Assembly: GCF_001194135.2 (NCBI RefSeq)
Contig: NC_068995.1
Coordinates: 38,015,944 to 38,079,943 of the forward strand
Origin: Octopus bimaculoides
Taxonomy: Eukaryota
Reading direction: 5' to 3'
DNA: 64,000 nt
Shown: piece after piece, positions 1 through 12,386 of the stretch
How positions within the stretch are numbered: the first letter of the stretch is position 1
How the letters are laid out: each line of letters begins with the position of its first letter
Translations under genes and position numbers: made by a program
Notes under the pieces: generated by a model
Seen by the model: the letters and a program-made list of their open reading frames with translations, nothing else
What the model was told of the DNA's origin: nothing
Databases searched by the model: none

Positions 1-51
<51 letters not shown>

Positions 52-740
52 CATATACACACAGAGCGTGCTTACATGCACACACACATGCATTCAAATA
101 CGTGAAGATGGACTTAGTCTTACTGTCGCAGTCAAGAAACTCATTTTGTGTGAATTTATTTAATAAATCTAGCAACAAACTTTAAAATATGTTAATTACT
201 CTTTTATAAATTTTCGTGACTGCTATATATTCGTTTGACACGATAACAGTATTAACTGTTGAGATTGTTCCTATAAGATCGTTTGTGGTTTGTTTAATAA
301 AATTATATTAAACGAGTGAATAAAATATCTTTAAAAAAATATTTGTCTACATCAGTTAATTTAGGAAGATAAGCCATATATTATTAACATGATGCTGCTG
401 CTGCTGATGATGATAGTGTTGATGATGCTGGTGAAGATGACGATAACGACGGAAATAATTACGAAATTAATATATTAAGTGAAAGTGTTAACTGTGATAA
501 GCATTATTTATGGTTTCTGAAGATCAAGTGATTATAATTTGGGTTATGAGTCAAAACCTCACGTGTACCTGTATGTATGCAATATATGTTGCAATGATAC
601 TTTGTTTTTTTATTCTGACTTCATCACTTTTTCACTTGTTTTCCTATGTCTTTTAACTCTCTGTCTAGTGTAAGATGCCTCCCTCTTTTAGCGTATGCTT
701 TATTTCAAACATTGTCATTTTGTACGCCTTCATCTTATGA

Positions 741-758
741 CTCACAGCTCTCTTCCAG
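741..758 (+). promoter_or_regulatory. Candidate 3' splice site of a 5'-UTR intron of CR paralog 1
   Basis: Branch-point-like CTCAC followed by a pyrimidine tract and CAG (ctcacagctctcttccag), about 580 nt upstream of the ATG. No transcript evidence. Confidence 0.3.
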
Positions 759-1335
759 GTGGCGAATTTATCATGTTATGTCACAGTCACGTATATATTT
801 GGAGAAATTCATTTCATAATTTCCGCAAAAGAAGGTCAACATTCATGCAGATGTCGGCGCTGGAATAAGCGAAAATTTCCTGAAATATAATAATTATAAA
901 ATAAGTGGGAAGATCTATTTGTAATTTAAAATATGTTAACAGACATAAAAATACCAACTAAATTCATGGAATTTATAAGATGAAGAAATGTGCGACCTTT
1001 TACGATAGCACATTTGGCAAATTCCCTTCAGATCAAGAATTTAGAATACATGTTTTATATATTACAATGAAATAAAGCAACATTTTAGACAAATCTGAAA
1101 TTGTATTCAGCAGGAAGATTTCCATTTCTTTTGTTTTCTATTGTAATAGACTAGAATTTATGTTATAATATATTTTGGTAACCTATTCAGTATCCAAAAA
1201 CATCAGATATATCATTCATCTCAGACAAAGAAGTGTAACGATTTATATACATACTTTAACAAATTTATATTCATGATGAAAAATTAAGCATAAACACTGA
1301 TCCGGACATAGATTGCCATATCAAAAAGCGTCTAA

Positions 1336-2538
1336 ATGTTTTTGTTAATACTATATCAAATGTTGGTACTGACTCCAAATATATTGATAACAAATTCTAA
1401 CCCTACGGAGGATGATGAAAGATTACTACACATCAAAATATTATCCAATTATAACAAATATATAAGACCGGTTATTGATTTGGAAACACCGGTCGATATA
1501 TATGCTACCATAATGCTTCACACATTCAATGATTTGGACTTAGTGAATAACGTACTGAGGGCTCAGTACTACATTGGACTACAATGGACTGATGAAAAGT
1601 TACGGTGGGACCCCTCGGATTATAATAACATTACAAATATTCATCTAGTAAAAGAAAATGCTTGGAAACCACCTATTGTATTATGCAATTCAATGGAAAA
1701 CTCAGAAGATAAAGATGACTTCCCTGAACTGTGGATTTTTAGTAATGGACATGTGGTTATGTATTCTTTTAGATTACTAAATACATATTGTGAAGTCAAC
1801 GCATATACTTATCCATTTGATAAGCATATGTGCGAAATTTACATGTGTGTTGCTTTGCATAGCGTACAGCACACAAGAATAAAAACTCTGGATTACCATG
1901 AGTTAAATTTTATACAAAACTATAAGTGGGATATCACGCTTGAAGGTACGGTAAATGCCACGAACGATAAATTTAACTACGCATTTGCGCCGATGTATAT
2001 ACGACGTAGAATTACCATAGAAGTCATAGCTATGCTGATTCCGTCAGTAATGATGACTGTTTTAACTATTTTCGTTTTCCTTCTACCTCCTGAATCTGGA
2101 AAGAAAGTTTTTCTTGCGATGACGACATTTTTATCAAACGTGTTGTATCTTGTTCAAATAGAGAAGACGACACCAAAAAATTCAAAATATCCTTGCCTTC
2201 TTATCTTATATTTAATGCTATTGTCGATGTTGAGTGGATTCACTGCAATTGGTTCGGTAATTATAAGCAGATTGTATGTAATTCAAACTTCTGATGGAGA
2301 GAAATCAAATTCACCAAATCAAAATAGAAAGAAATCCCATGCTAACCAAATTGCTGACGTTTCAATAATTGCCTCGGCACAATCGAATACATTTAATCCA
2401 GAAGAAAGGCCAAGAGCAAAATGGTTTTGCATATCCGACTACACTCGATGTGATGACATATTTCTAAGAATTAGCATTGTGATATCGGTAATAATTTCAT
2501 TAATATTTACATGTCTACTGTTTACTCATGATGACTAA
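1336..2538 (+). CDS. Atypical nicotinic-receptor-like Cys-loop channel subunit; cephalopod chemotactile receptor (CR) family, CRT1-like paralog 1 (400 aa, single coding exon)
   Basis: Uninterrupted ORF. N-terminal hydrophobic signal; LLxxILSNYNKxxRPV helix; WTDEKLRWDPSDY; WKPPI; Cys-loop C-x13-C (CEVNAYTYPFDKHMC); RRR before M1; M1-M2 linker LPPESG; M2 with 9' Leu (FLSNVL); M3; short M3-M4 loop; M4. No loop-C YxCC, no loop-B Trp, and Cys replaces the loop-A Tyr. Closely resembles octopus CR sequences as I recall them. Confidence 0.95.
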   Translation: MFLLILYQMLVLTPNILITNSNPTEDDERLLHIKILSNYNKYIRPVIDLETPVDIYATIMLHTFNDLDLVNNVLRAQYYIGLQWTDEKLRWDPSDYNNITNIHLVKENAWKPPIVLCNSMENSEDKDDFPELWIFSNGHVVMYSFRLLNTYCEVNAYTYPFDKHMCEIYMCVALHSVQHTRIKTLDYHELNFIQNYKWDITLEGTVNATNDKFNYAFAPMYIRRRITIEVIAMLIPSVMMTVLTIFVFLLPPESGKKVFLAMTTFLSNVLYLVQIEKTTPKNSKYPCLLILYLMLLSMLSGFTAIGSVIISRLYVIQTSDGEKSNSPNQNRKKSHANQIADVSIIASAQSNTFNPEERPRAKWFCISDYTRCDDIFLRISIVISVIISLIFTCLLFTHDD

Positions 2539-2934
2539 AAGAAAAGAATAACGAAGGTGTATCAGAATACAGCATGATATACATATTAATATCATGTATG
2601 GGCTTAGATGAAAAAATATCAGCCATATATATGGAGTGTTGTTTATCAAGTATTGTACTACTACTTCTGCCATTCTACTAGCACTAAAATACTGCAAATT
2701 ATTTACAGATATGTGAATATGACCATACACACAAGAACACAAATTGGGTGATTATTCTATATCTTGAAATAATTTATTAATTTATAAACAATGTATTCAC
2801 CCAAATCGACATATGACATGTAAAAGCAGTCTCATTATCTGAAAACAAAAAGACATCTGTAGGCATACATCCATACATACATTGAATTGATACATACCTA
2901 CATATATACATATATACATACATTTATATATACA

Positions 2935-2994
<60 letters not shown>

Positions 2995-3080
2995 TAGATA
3001 GATAGATAGATAGATGTGTGTGTATGAGGGACAAAGACACAAACACATATACGTTCAAATACACACACACAAACACATAA

Positions 3081-3228
3081 ACGACGAGCTTCTTTCAGTT
3101 TCCGTCGACTAAATTCTCTCATACGGCTGTGGTCGGCTCGAGGCGCAATACTAGAAGATACCCACGTTGCCAGGCGGTGGATCTCAACCCTGAAAGACGC
3201 GGTGAGGAAGTAATCGTCTAACCACACA
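3081..3228 (-). mobile_element. tRNA-derived SINE, family A (ends ...ggaaactgaaagaagcccgtcgt + microsatellite)
   Basis: Reverse complement matches copies at 7928-8066, 27761-27906 and 47101-47235. Confidence 0.75.
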
Positions 3229-3628
3229 GTGGCAATTTATACATGTACACATGTTTGTGTAAAGTTTGTTGACGGAAGGTAACATTAATTATTATTGGTA
3301 ATGACGACGATATTGAAAATAGCTTCCAAAGTGCAGCAAGATATGATGGTATTGCAAGAGTCAGGAGTTTTGCTAGGCCATGCCAGTTGCAGTTAATTTA
3401 TCACATGAACTAGTCAACTGACGGACACACATACATTTGTCATTATTCAGTTTTCTTTCAAGATTTCATGCCAATAAAGTGCTGTTTTGTAACCTAGATC
3501 CTTCATTGGAATTTCAACATCAACAGCAGCGTATTTTTATGCATATATGTATACGTGCAGATCTGTATGTTTTGTTTTATGTATGTCTTCTCATGCATAT
3601 ATTTGCATAACTAGAATGCTCCATATAC

Positions 3629-4640
3629 TTAAATGATAAACTGGAAAGTTTTACAGATTTTTACAGTTCCAGTGATGGATTGGATCAGTAGTCTTCGAAT
3701 CAGCTTTCTACTTTCTGGTTTTGAGAATGCTAATCTCTCAATATTGATAATTTGGCAGTGTATTAAATATCCCAATATTACAATATAAACCTGAACTTGT
3801 AATCTGGTTCGAGTATCTGTAGATTTATTAATAGTTCAACGTATTCTCTTTTTCACTGATGTTAACATCACAGTTTGTCCTCTCTATCCCAAATCAATAT
3901 ATCAGGAATATTGTTTTTACACGTTATTACGGTTTTCAATGGGACATTCCACCTGTATTCCTTTTTATTGCGTGGCTATGACTTCCACCATACAGTGAGC
4001 TCTTATTTCTTTGTTCTCTGCGTTATCCTTTTGACAGATCTCGTTATAAAGAGTCGTAGTTACAGCATCGTGTCTCATAGGTATATCATATCGTGATGAT
4101 ATATTTGGACAACTGCTTATGATGTGGGTGATATCTTCGGTGTTAACTCCATAAAGTTTGCATAGGCTGTCAAATGTTACTACTTTTCCTGTATCTCAGT
4201 CCCTATTGTGCATCGGGTATTTGGTTGATATTTCTTGTTCCTGGATTGCAAACGTATACTCCTGAAAGTGGGAGGTAGTAGTTGGATTTTTGGACCATGA
4301 TAAACTGCTTTGATGATCAATTTTACTATCAACTCGGAGCCTTCCACTAACATATCCATGCATGGACTTCTGCTCATATACGCTCATAATTTTACCTGAT
4401 GATATGTTCCGATAGACTCGTGTATCTTCTCTAGGCAATTACCTAAGGCTATCAGAGATGGAATATTGCTCAAGCAGCTGCTTTCCGCGTCTAATGAAAA
4501 CTATCATTGGTGAAGGGATGCACTTAGAGATTTGCTGGGATACACATCGACACCTGGTGGTAATAAGATGTTGCCGAAGGGATATGATACGACTGCTTTG
4601 TTTTCGCTTCAGTTATAGATCGTCTACGACACTGATGATG
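3629..4640 (-). mobile_element. 3' part of a decayed non-LTR retrotransposon with restriction-like endonuclease (R4/Dong-like)
   Basis: Minus-strand translation gives the RT-thumb VDDL*LKRKQ, HFQEYTFAIQEQEISTKY, a CCHC-knuckle remnant (LCKLYGVNTEDITHIISSCP...RHD), an RLE motif (WNVPLKT...NIPDILIWD) and C-terminal QSITGTVKICKTF*. Contains stops and frameshifts; homology may continue to about 5150. Confidence 0.75.
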
Positions 4641-6448
4641 TGGAAATTATGAGTGTATGTATGTATATATGTATGTTTGTATGTATGTATGTATGTATGT
4701 ATGTATGTATGCAACATGCACGTACTGTCCCACTGGAATTCGAGCCGATGAATCGTGTGGGACTCAGTTTTAACAAGCATTTCTTTCCACATGGTGACAT
4801 AGTACCTTGTAAACATGTTGGTCAGTTGTTGCCATCCGGTGATACCTACCGCAGTGAAATGTCACTATCGGTAATTTGTCTCTCTGTGTGGCTTTTTAGA
4901 AGAATATTTATCTCTTTTCTTGGATGAGATATTCAATATATTTTCTCGTGTTCCTTGATAGCAAAGATGCATGCATCTAGGTGAGACACAATTTGTTTAT
5001 CACAATTCAAGTAAAAGATACTATTCTTGTCAATATCTTGGTTAGTATTCGCTTGTGGCCGATATATACCCAAGTATAATTTCCTGCTTGTATATTGGGT
5101 ATTTTAATTATAGTTTTGTTTAGGTAGAGGAAGATAGCTATAGATGATTTACATGAATAAGCTGTACTTATTCAGGAGTTCTTCACCTAATTTCATAGCA
5201 CTTTTTTTTCCGGTTGTTACGCACGTGATGTAGTCATTTCCCTTTTTACTGCCCAGTATTTGATGCCTAATCAATACTGCGTCACTCAAATGCCGTCATG
5301 GCTGACCTTATGTTTCTCTCAACCCCCATCCCATCTCCTTAAAATTGTACTGTCAATGTTGCAGTTGATATGGAAGTTACCAGTAACTGCTAGTATTTTA
5401 GTATAACGATGTATAATTTCTGTATCATTTCAAGTGTGTAAGCTTTTATTGTAACTGGAAAATTTTTGTGGAAACCGATTTGGTTGAATAAAAACCATTC
5501 TTGGTGAATATTATTGTATCTATATATAAGCATATATAATTATGAGTGTATGTGTTTACTTAATGGATGTATTCATGAATATATGTACGTAATACATGCA
5601 TATACTAGTTGGCACATTCTAAAAAATTTTTTAAAATTATATCATAGCAAGGACTTCTATGATTGCGATGGACTGTATAATTCTGTTTTCTGCATCTAAG
5701 TATGCTTACATATATTCCTATTATAATGGAAATACATGTTGAAACTTCATTTTTTCCAGGTTTCTATGATGAACAAGACTTTGAAAGTTTTAATTTCTTA
5801 TTCATAATTTTAACGTTTTCACTTAATAAATGTCTATATTATTTTACACACAGATTTCTTAAGTTTGCCATTTTTGTTCGGATGAAAGTGGTTTACATGG
5901 CCTTATACGTGAGCATGCCAGATAGATCTGAGCATTAGTGTATGTGCATTGGACAATTCAATCCATGCCAGCTTGAAGATATGTCCACGAGTCTTTTAGG
6001 TGGGTAAAGGAAATGAGTTTTGGAAAACGAAGAGGCTCAAACGAAATGAAATGGCATATATAATAAATGAAAGCACCAAATCTGTTTTATATAAAATTGA
6101 TATTATCTTTTGGTGACATCATCAGAGCTAAATCATATTGTGATCTATTCTGTTTCCTACTCCAATAAGATGATTTTACTTCAACAGGGAGAACTACATT
6201 TTACCCTTGACAGAATTTCACCTTTTACGTATTTCGATACTCGTTTGTTAATTTGCAATTTGATGTGTATAACTATTGCAGTTCATTGGCAAAACGGTTA
6301 TGGATACATATATATACACATAGGGGAAAATTTACAAAAAAAAAAAAANNNNNNNNNNNNNNNNNNNNNNNNNNNNNNNNNNNNNNNNNNNNNNNNNNNN
6401 NNNNNNNNNNNNNNNNNNNNNNNNNNNNNNNNNNNNNNNNNNNNNNNN

Positions 6449-6493
<45 letters not shown>

Positions 6494-6917
6494 AGCCTCA
6501 AATTTCTTATTATGAACAAATCAGGCAAGTTAATGTAGCGAATATAAGAAAAATAGCCCTTACCTTTGCAAAAAACACAGTTAATAGTAGTCATCTCAGT
6601 ATCAATTGGTTTCTCCTCTAGTACCAAATACTTAGGATCATCCGCTGTGTTTACTCAATATAATTATTTTTTCAAAATATATACACTGCACCGTGCGCTC
6701 CTTTACCTCAGCTGATGTTTCAAAGTGTTTGGAACTAAAGGTGATATTAATTGATACTGAGATATCTTTTCTTTGTATTTTTGCAAAGATGAGGATTATT
6801 TTTTATCTTATATTAGCTACGTTAACTGTGTACGAGGCTTTGGGGAGTTGATTCTGAACTCTAGCATAGCTAGCGGGGCGAAAACATGCGTACGCAGGCA
6901 CAAATATATATATATAT

Positions 6918-6946
6918 ACTAGCAAATCTACCCATCTATAGGGTAG
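6918..6946 (+). mobile_element. Helentron/HINE-like 5' terminus
   Basis: ACTAGCA start followed by a perfect 6-bp hairpin CTACCC-atctata-GGGTAG, the same architecture as 20835. The 3' end was not identified. Confidence 0.4.
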
Positions 6947-7927
6947 GCATAAAATGAAGGAGGGAAGTTGTAACAGTAGTATGTATTGATAAATGTGTAA
7001 TTGAACTTAATAGATTACTGGTTGATATCTTAGAGAAATGACAGTATTGTTGGTGATGCAGAATTCTATTGCGGCTTTATCATATGTGTTTGTGAGTAAG
7101 TGACATGTGATGACGAATCATTCCCGAACTGAAATAGGCTCCCAGTCTCTGTATTATGAATGGCTATGTAGACCACTCCTAACGAAAGCTAGAGCTTCCT
7201 TCGACCACTACATTAAAAAAGTATTAAGAACAAATGTTATTTAGATATTCTTTTATTTTAGTTGTTTACACTATTTACGCTTGTTTACACTCTTATACAT
7301 TCAAAGTTCACAAATTTCCTTATTTAAATTGTGATTCATATTCCTTTTGATAATATCAGTGTGATTACAAAACTTCTTCGTAGGCGATATTTTCTGCTTG
7401 GTCGACGTTAATTTTCAAATTACTGGAGTCCGTTGCTCTACTCATAGTACCGTATAAATAGTCGCGTCTAAGCATCGGATGGGTAAAAATGCAGCTACAC
7501 AATCGAAAGTCTAGCCCTGTGGTTTCTTTAATGTGAATGCGCGAGCAAAACCTTTAGGAATCTACGATAGGAATTAAATTGATAGTATCGATAATGTATA
7601 CCCTTTAAATTCACGAACTATACGTGGTGAAGGGAATCCACAGTTAATCCTCGTCGCCGGATTCAATACAAAACCCAATATTTGTAATTATACATACAGT
7701 GATTAAGATGAGCCAAAGCCATCAGTTATGCTTTAATACAGCTATCCTAAACTAAGATTTTCGTAATTCAGTCGAGAAGTAAGTTGGCTTACTTCCCTTT
7801 GCTTCTTTTATTACTTATCCCCCTCTCAATTTTTATTTACTTCTTTTACCATTGGTCCAGCTGTTTGACCGTGAAGAGGGTACAGACAGAGAGAAGGACA
7901 TACATAATACCCATTATAGTAAGACAC

Positions 7928-8066
7928 ACGACGGGCTTCTTTCAGTTTCCGTCTATCAAATACATTCACAGGATTTGGTCGGCCGGAGACTAGAGTATGA
8001 AGACACTTTCCTAATGTGCCACGTGGTTGAGAAGCAAACTTCGTACCAACCACACAGCCATACCAC
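7928..8066 (-). mobile_element. tRNA-derived SINE, family A
   Basis: acgacgggcttctttcagtttccgtcta ... aaccacacagcc, shared with the other family A copies. Confidence 0.75.
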
Positions 8067-8404
8067 ATTTTCATCATCCTGATAAACCAATAACTTCACA
8101 AATAGCGCAGTGGAAACACACCCACGTTGCATTTGGTGCGGAAAATATTTTGTCACAAAATAAGAAATGTTGAATTGATGTTAACTGTCTAATATGTGAT
8201 TTTGAATTTATAATATCTATCGTACCCACAGCAATAATGAATATATAGTTTTCTTCTTAAACATTTTTTAATCTTTGTTTTTGAATAAATGTAATAAATA
8301 ATTATCTTATTTAATAAGCTGGTGTCTTCGTGACATTTCACCCAATTTAACTCCCAGTAGTTTGCGTGAAATTGTTTCAGAATCTGGTATCTTTATTCTA
8401 TTAT

Positions 8405-8545
8405 TCCTTTACTTGTTTCTGCCATTTGACTTCGGTCATGCTGGAGCACCGCCTTTAGTCGAACAAACTGACGCAAGTACTTATTCTTTGTAAGCCTAGT
8501 ATTTGTTCTATCGGTCTCTTTTGCCGAACCGCTAGATTACGATTT
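8405..8545 (+). mobile_element. SINE-like repeat, family C (catgctggagcaccgcctttagtcga...gccgaaccgctaa)
   Basis: Matches reverse-complement copies at 40085-40315 and 60631-60805. Confidence 0.75.
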
Positions 8546-9780
8546 ATGCGATAGAAATATTTAACCTGATACGCAAGAACTTAGAATCTAACTGTTCCCC
8601 AAAGAATTCGTACCAAATTGCAGTATCACCCACCAATTGGCCAAAAAATGCTCCACCACCCACCTATGTTTAAAAAACAAACACTGACAGAATCCTCTTG
8701 TATCATTTGACACACACACTATGTCGTAGACTGGTTGCCCGGTTTGTGCCTTTTGGACTAAATATGCGGTTGTTTATTGTGAGTTTATTTTGCCATTGTG
8801 TGTTTAGTTTTGCACTTATTCTGGGTTTAATTTTGCCATTAGTGTGAATAAAATTCTAACGTTAACTCTATAATATGCAGACAGATTAACTTCGGTAAAG
8901 TTGCGTTTCCTTTTCACTGATTTTTAATTTCCCCAAATGAACCATTGATCAGATCTACTAATGCAAATAGAATTAATGATTGCATTAAAAAGGCAAATAA
9001 TTTAACTTTTTAATGATAACCATGTGTCTGGTGTGATGCAACTAGTGCAGATACATTCGGTTTCAAAAATGTCAACTTTATCCACAAGTCTCCTTGTTGT
9101 ATCACATCCAGTTCAATTCTTTAATGGGAAAGTAAACTTCCAATATGACTAAGACCAAAAATTATTCAAATTCATGCGATATTTAATAAGAATTTCACTG
9201 GCTAAGCATTTCATCAGTTATCATGAAGTAATTACAAATTTTATTTAATTTGTACATTCAATATAAGGAATTACAGTAAACTAATAAATTTTGAAGACAC
9301 GCTGTCACGTCATTTGAAAATCACTCGATTAGATAGACTTTAGAAACTGATCATCGTATTAATTCTCTAATAGTTATGATTTTGTAAACAGGCACAAGCA
9401 CGAAAATTGCATGAGTGATAGCGATTGTGGTCTCAGATGTGGTATGCAGACCATCATATAACTTTCTTGACATATGCATTGCGTCTTTATTCTCTTCCGT
9501 TTTACAAGTCCAGCGTGCCGATGTGCATTGTGTGGTCATACTTCCCTTTCCACTTCCTACCCAAAACGGTTTACATATCAAAACAATCTCATGAACTTGC
9601 GATGGTGAGGAGTGATTTGCGCTGCGATGATTGTGAAAATATGATAGGTCAGAAAGCGAAATATTTATTGTAAATAAAATGTTAGACAGTATAAGAAGTT
9701 AGGAAGAAAAGCGAAAACTAACAAATTATATTTTGTTTGAATAAATGATTAAATGGTGATAAGATATTTTGGTTTCAAAT

Positions 9781-9944
9781 TTTTGTACAAGGCCAAAACT
9801 TTTGGAGTAGTGGATAAATCGATTACATCCCCGTAACTAGAATGGTATTTATTTTGTCGAAGCCGAAGGAATGAAAGACAAAGTAAAATCGGTAGGAATG
9901 TTACTGAGCACTTTGTTAGGCAAGGCAACGATTCTACCAGCTCA
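9781..9944 (-). mobile_element. SINE, family B (ggcgagctggcagaatcgtt...ggggtcgat), decayed
   Basis: Similar to copies at 25085-25231, 28081-28284 and 38715-38900. Confidence 0.6.
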
Positions 9945-11838
9945 ACACCTTATGACAAATTATTAAAGGAGAAATACCAAGATAAATATGTGATAACAAA
10001 TAAAAAACAAAACAAGACAATATACATGATATATTTTATAATTAATGTCAGAGAGTTTTAGATTACATAGAGATGAGCAACATTAATGGATTAGTTGATA
10101 ATCTGGAGGGTATTATATAGATTTAACACTGACAAAACTAATGTTAAACAAGAAGAATATATTGGTTGATCTGACATCTTAAGTATATTGAAATGCAATA
10201 ATTCAATACATTAGTCGATTAAATTAGACTTACACTCAAGTACGTCTAGTTCTTCCGTAGAACATACGTTTCAGCTACCATACCCACTTTCTTCAGAGGC
10301 ACAGTATGTATAATAGATTACCATATCTGAATAAAGTATTTTGTTCTTGTTGAAGACCAATATAAATTTACCTAAAGTTATTTTGAAGATGTGTATACTA
10401 AACTATTTCTAAGGGAGATATATAACATGGTATGGTACTTTTTAGCATCCCTGCAAATATACATGTTATTAAAAGTAATAACGGAAGAGTCATTGTTTAA
10501 GTGGTGTTTTTGTAACTATTAGTCGGTGGCGTGAATGCCATACACTTATATCTACTAGATTGAGATATAGTCACTATAGACGTAAGATTGTCATTCCTGT
10601 ATAATTAAAGGCACACACATAGGTATCATTTCCACTACTTTCTTTTTAAATGTAGCCGGCTATATTATCGGCTACATTTGTTGTAGTAGAATGTGCAAAT
10701 TTTATTGCATGCAAATGAAAGGTTTTATCTAAAAATTTAATTTATCAAGTTATTACTCTGTCCTCTGAGCCCTTCCCCCTTTATATCTTGAATAATTTCT
10801 GCTGTAGAAACCAATATCATTTACAGTGTACCTTTCTAACCTCGTTTGAAGAAATTATTAATAGAAATAATCCTTTTAATAATCTCAAAATATACAAAAA
10901 TCACTAAAATTAATAATATAAAACATGCTATCTTGTAGAACAAACAATTCTCGTTTAAATAATATAAACAGTCTGCCAGTGCGTTTTATTTGTGCGTGCA
11001 TTTTAAAATTAGAAAACAAACAAAAAATGCTATTGAATTATTCCAAAACCCAATACTCCACGAAGTGAAGTCACGTCTCAACAGAGAGGATTTTTCGTTC
11101 GCACAGGTGCAAAAACTGTAATCTGGTCACAAACATTTCACTACAGTCGGCGATAGTATAAAAAGGTTATCGTTGCGCTAGCGTTACCAGTAGACTATAA
11201 TACACGTGGATTTGAAAAATAATATTGATGACATAGATTGTTAGATAGCTATAGATATACATACATAAATACATATAAGATGGCTGCAGACCAGGTTATT
11301 GTCATCGCCTGATCGAAAGTCCCACACATGCAGAGGCTACAACCAGGCATTTTTGGATACGACTTATTGGTTTTCAAGCGATGCTTCTGAATGTAGATTT
11401 TCTTATTGTGCTGAAGGTATTTGTACAAATCCAGTCCCACTATCTGGATATGGACAACATAAACTCAAAAGAAATACTAGTCTACACCATCGGAAGCTAT
11501 CAGTGTCGTAGGTTTTCACTCTGAGTTTGTCACTCCTAAAGAGATGTGATGACAACGAAGGAGCCTCTCACAGTGAGCCAGCGTCTTGTCTAGATACCAA
11601 CCCAGGTATTTCCACATTTCATGCATACATGCATACGTACACATGTACAATATTGTTGGATGACCGTTCACTAACCATGAGCTCTTCAGCTGTCGATTGA
11701 CAGGTTTTATTTCCCGTCTTGCATGATGTCCAACTATCACCTTCCTCACCAAGAAAGCTTGAAGTTTGGTTGCCAGCGACCCGACTACGCATCAGGTTTT
11801 ACGGGGTTGCATGTTACCAGCTTACACACACATACATT

Positions 11839-11880
<42 letters not shown>

Positions 11881-11919
11881 NNNNNNNNNNNNNNNNNNNN
11901 NNNNNNNNNNNNNNNNNNN

Positions 11920-11977
<58 letters not shown>

Positions 11978-12237
11978 ATAGATATGTAATTAGAAGATCC
12001 ATTTCTTCGGGAGTTAAATTGGGATGCCTTAACGACAAGATAACTTCCGTATAATTAATATATGGAGAACTCCTCATTGATTTATCATTACGTCAGACGA
12101 TCTGCTAGCCAGGAAACATATATAGCCTGAACTTTACATACTTCACTTCCTCAAATTTATATGCATCCTCCCCATATATATATACATATATACATCCAAC
12201 AAACTCATCAATTTAAATTAAGAGATAAGCAACAATA

Positions 12238-12386
<149 letters not shown>

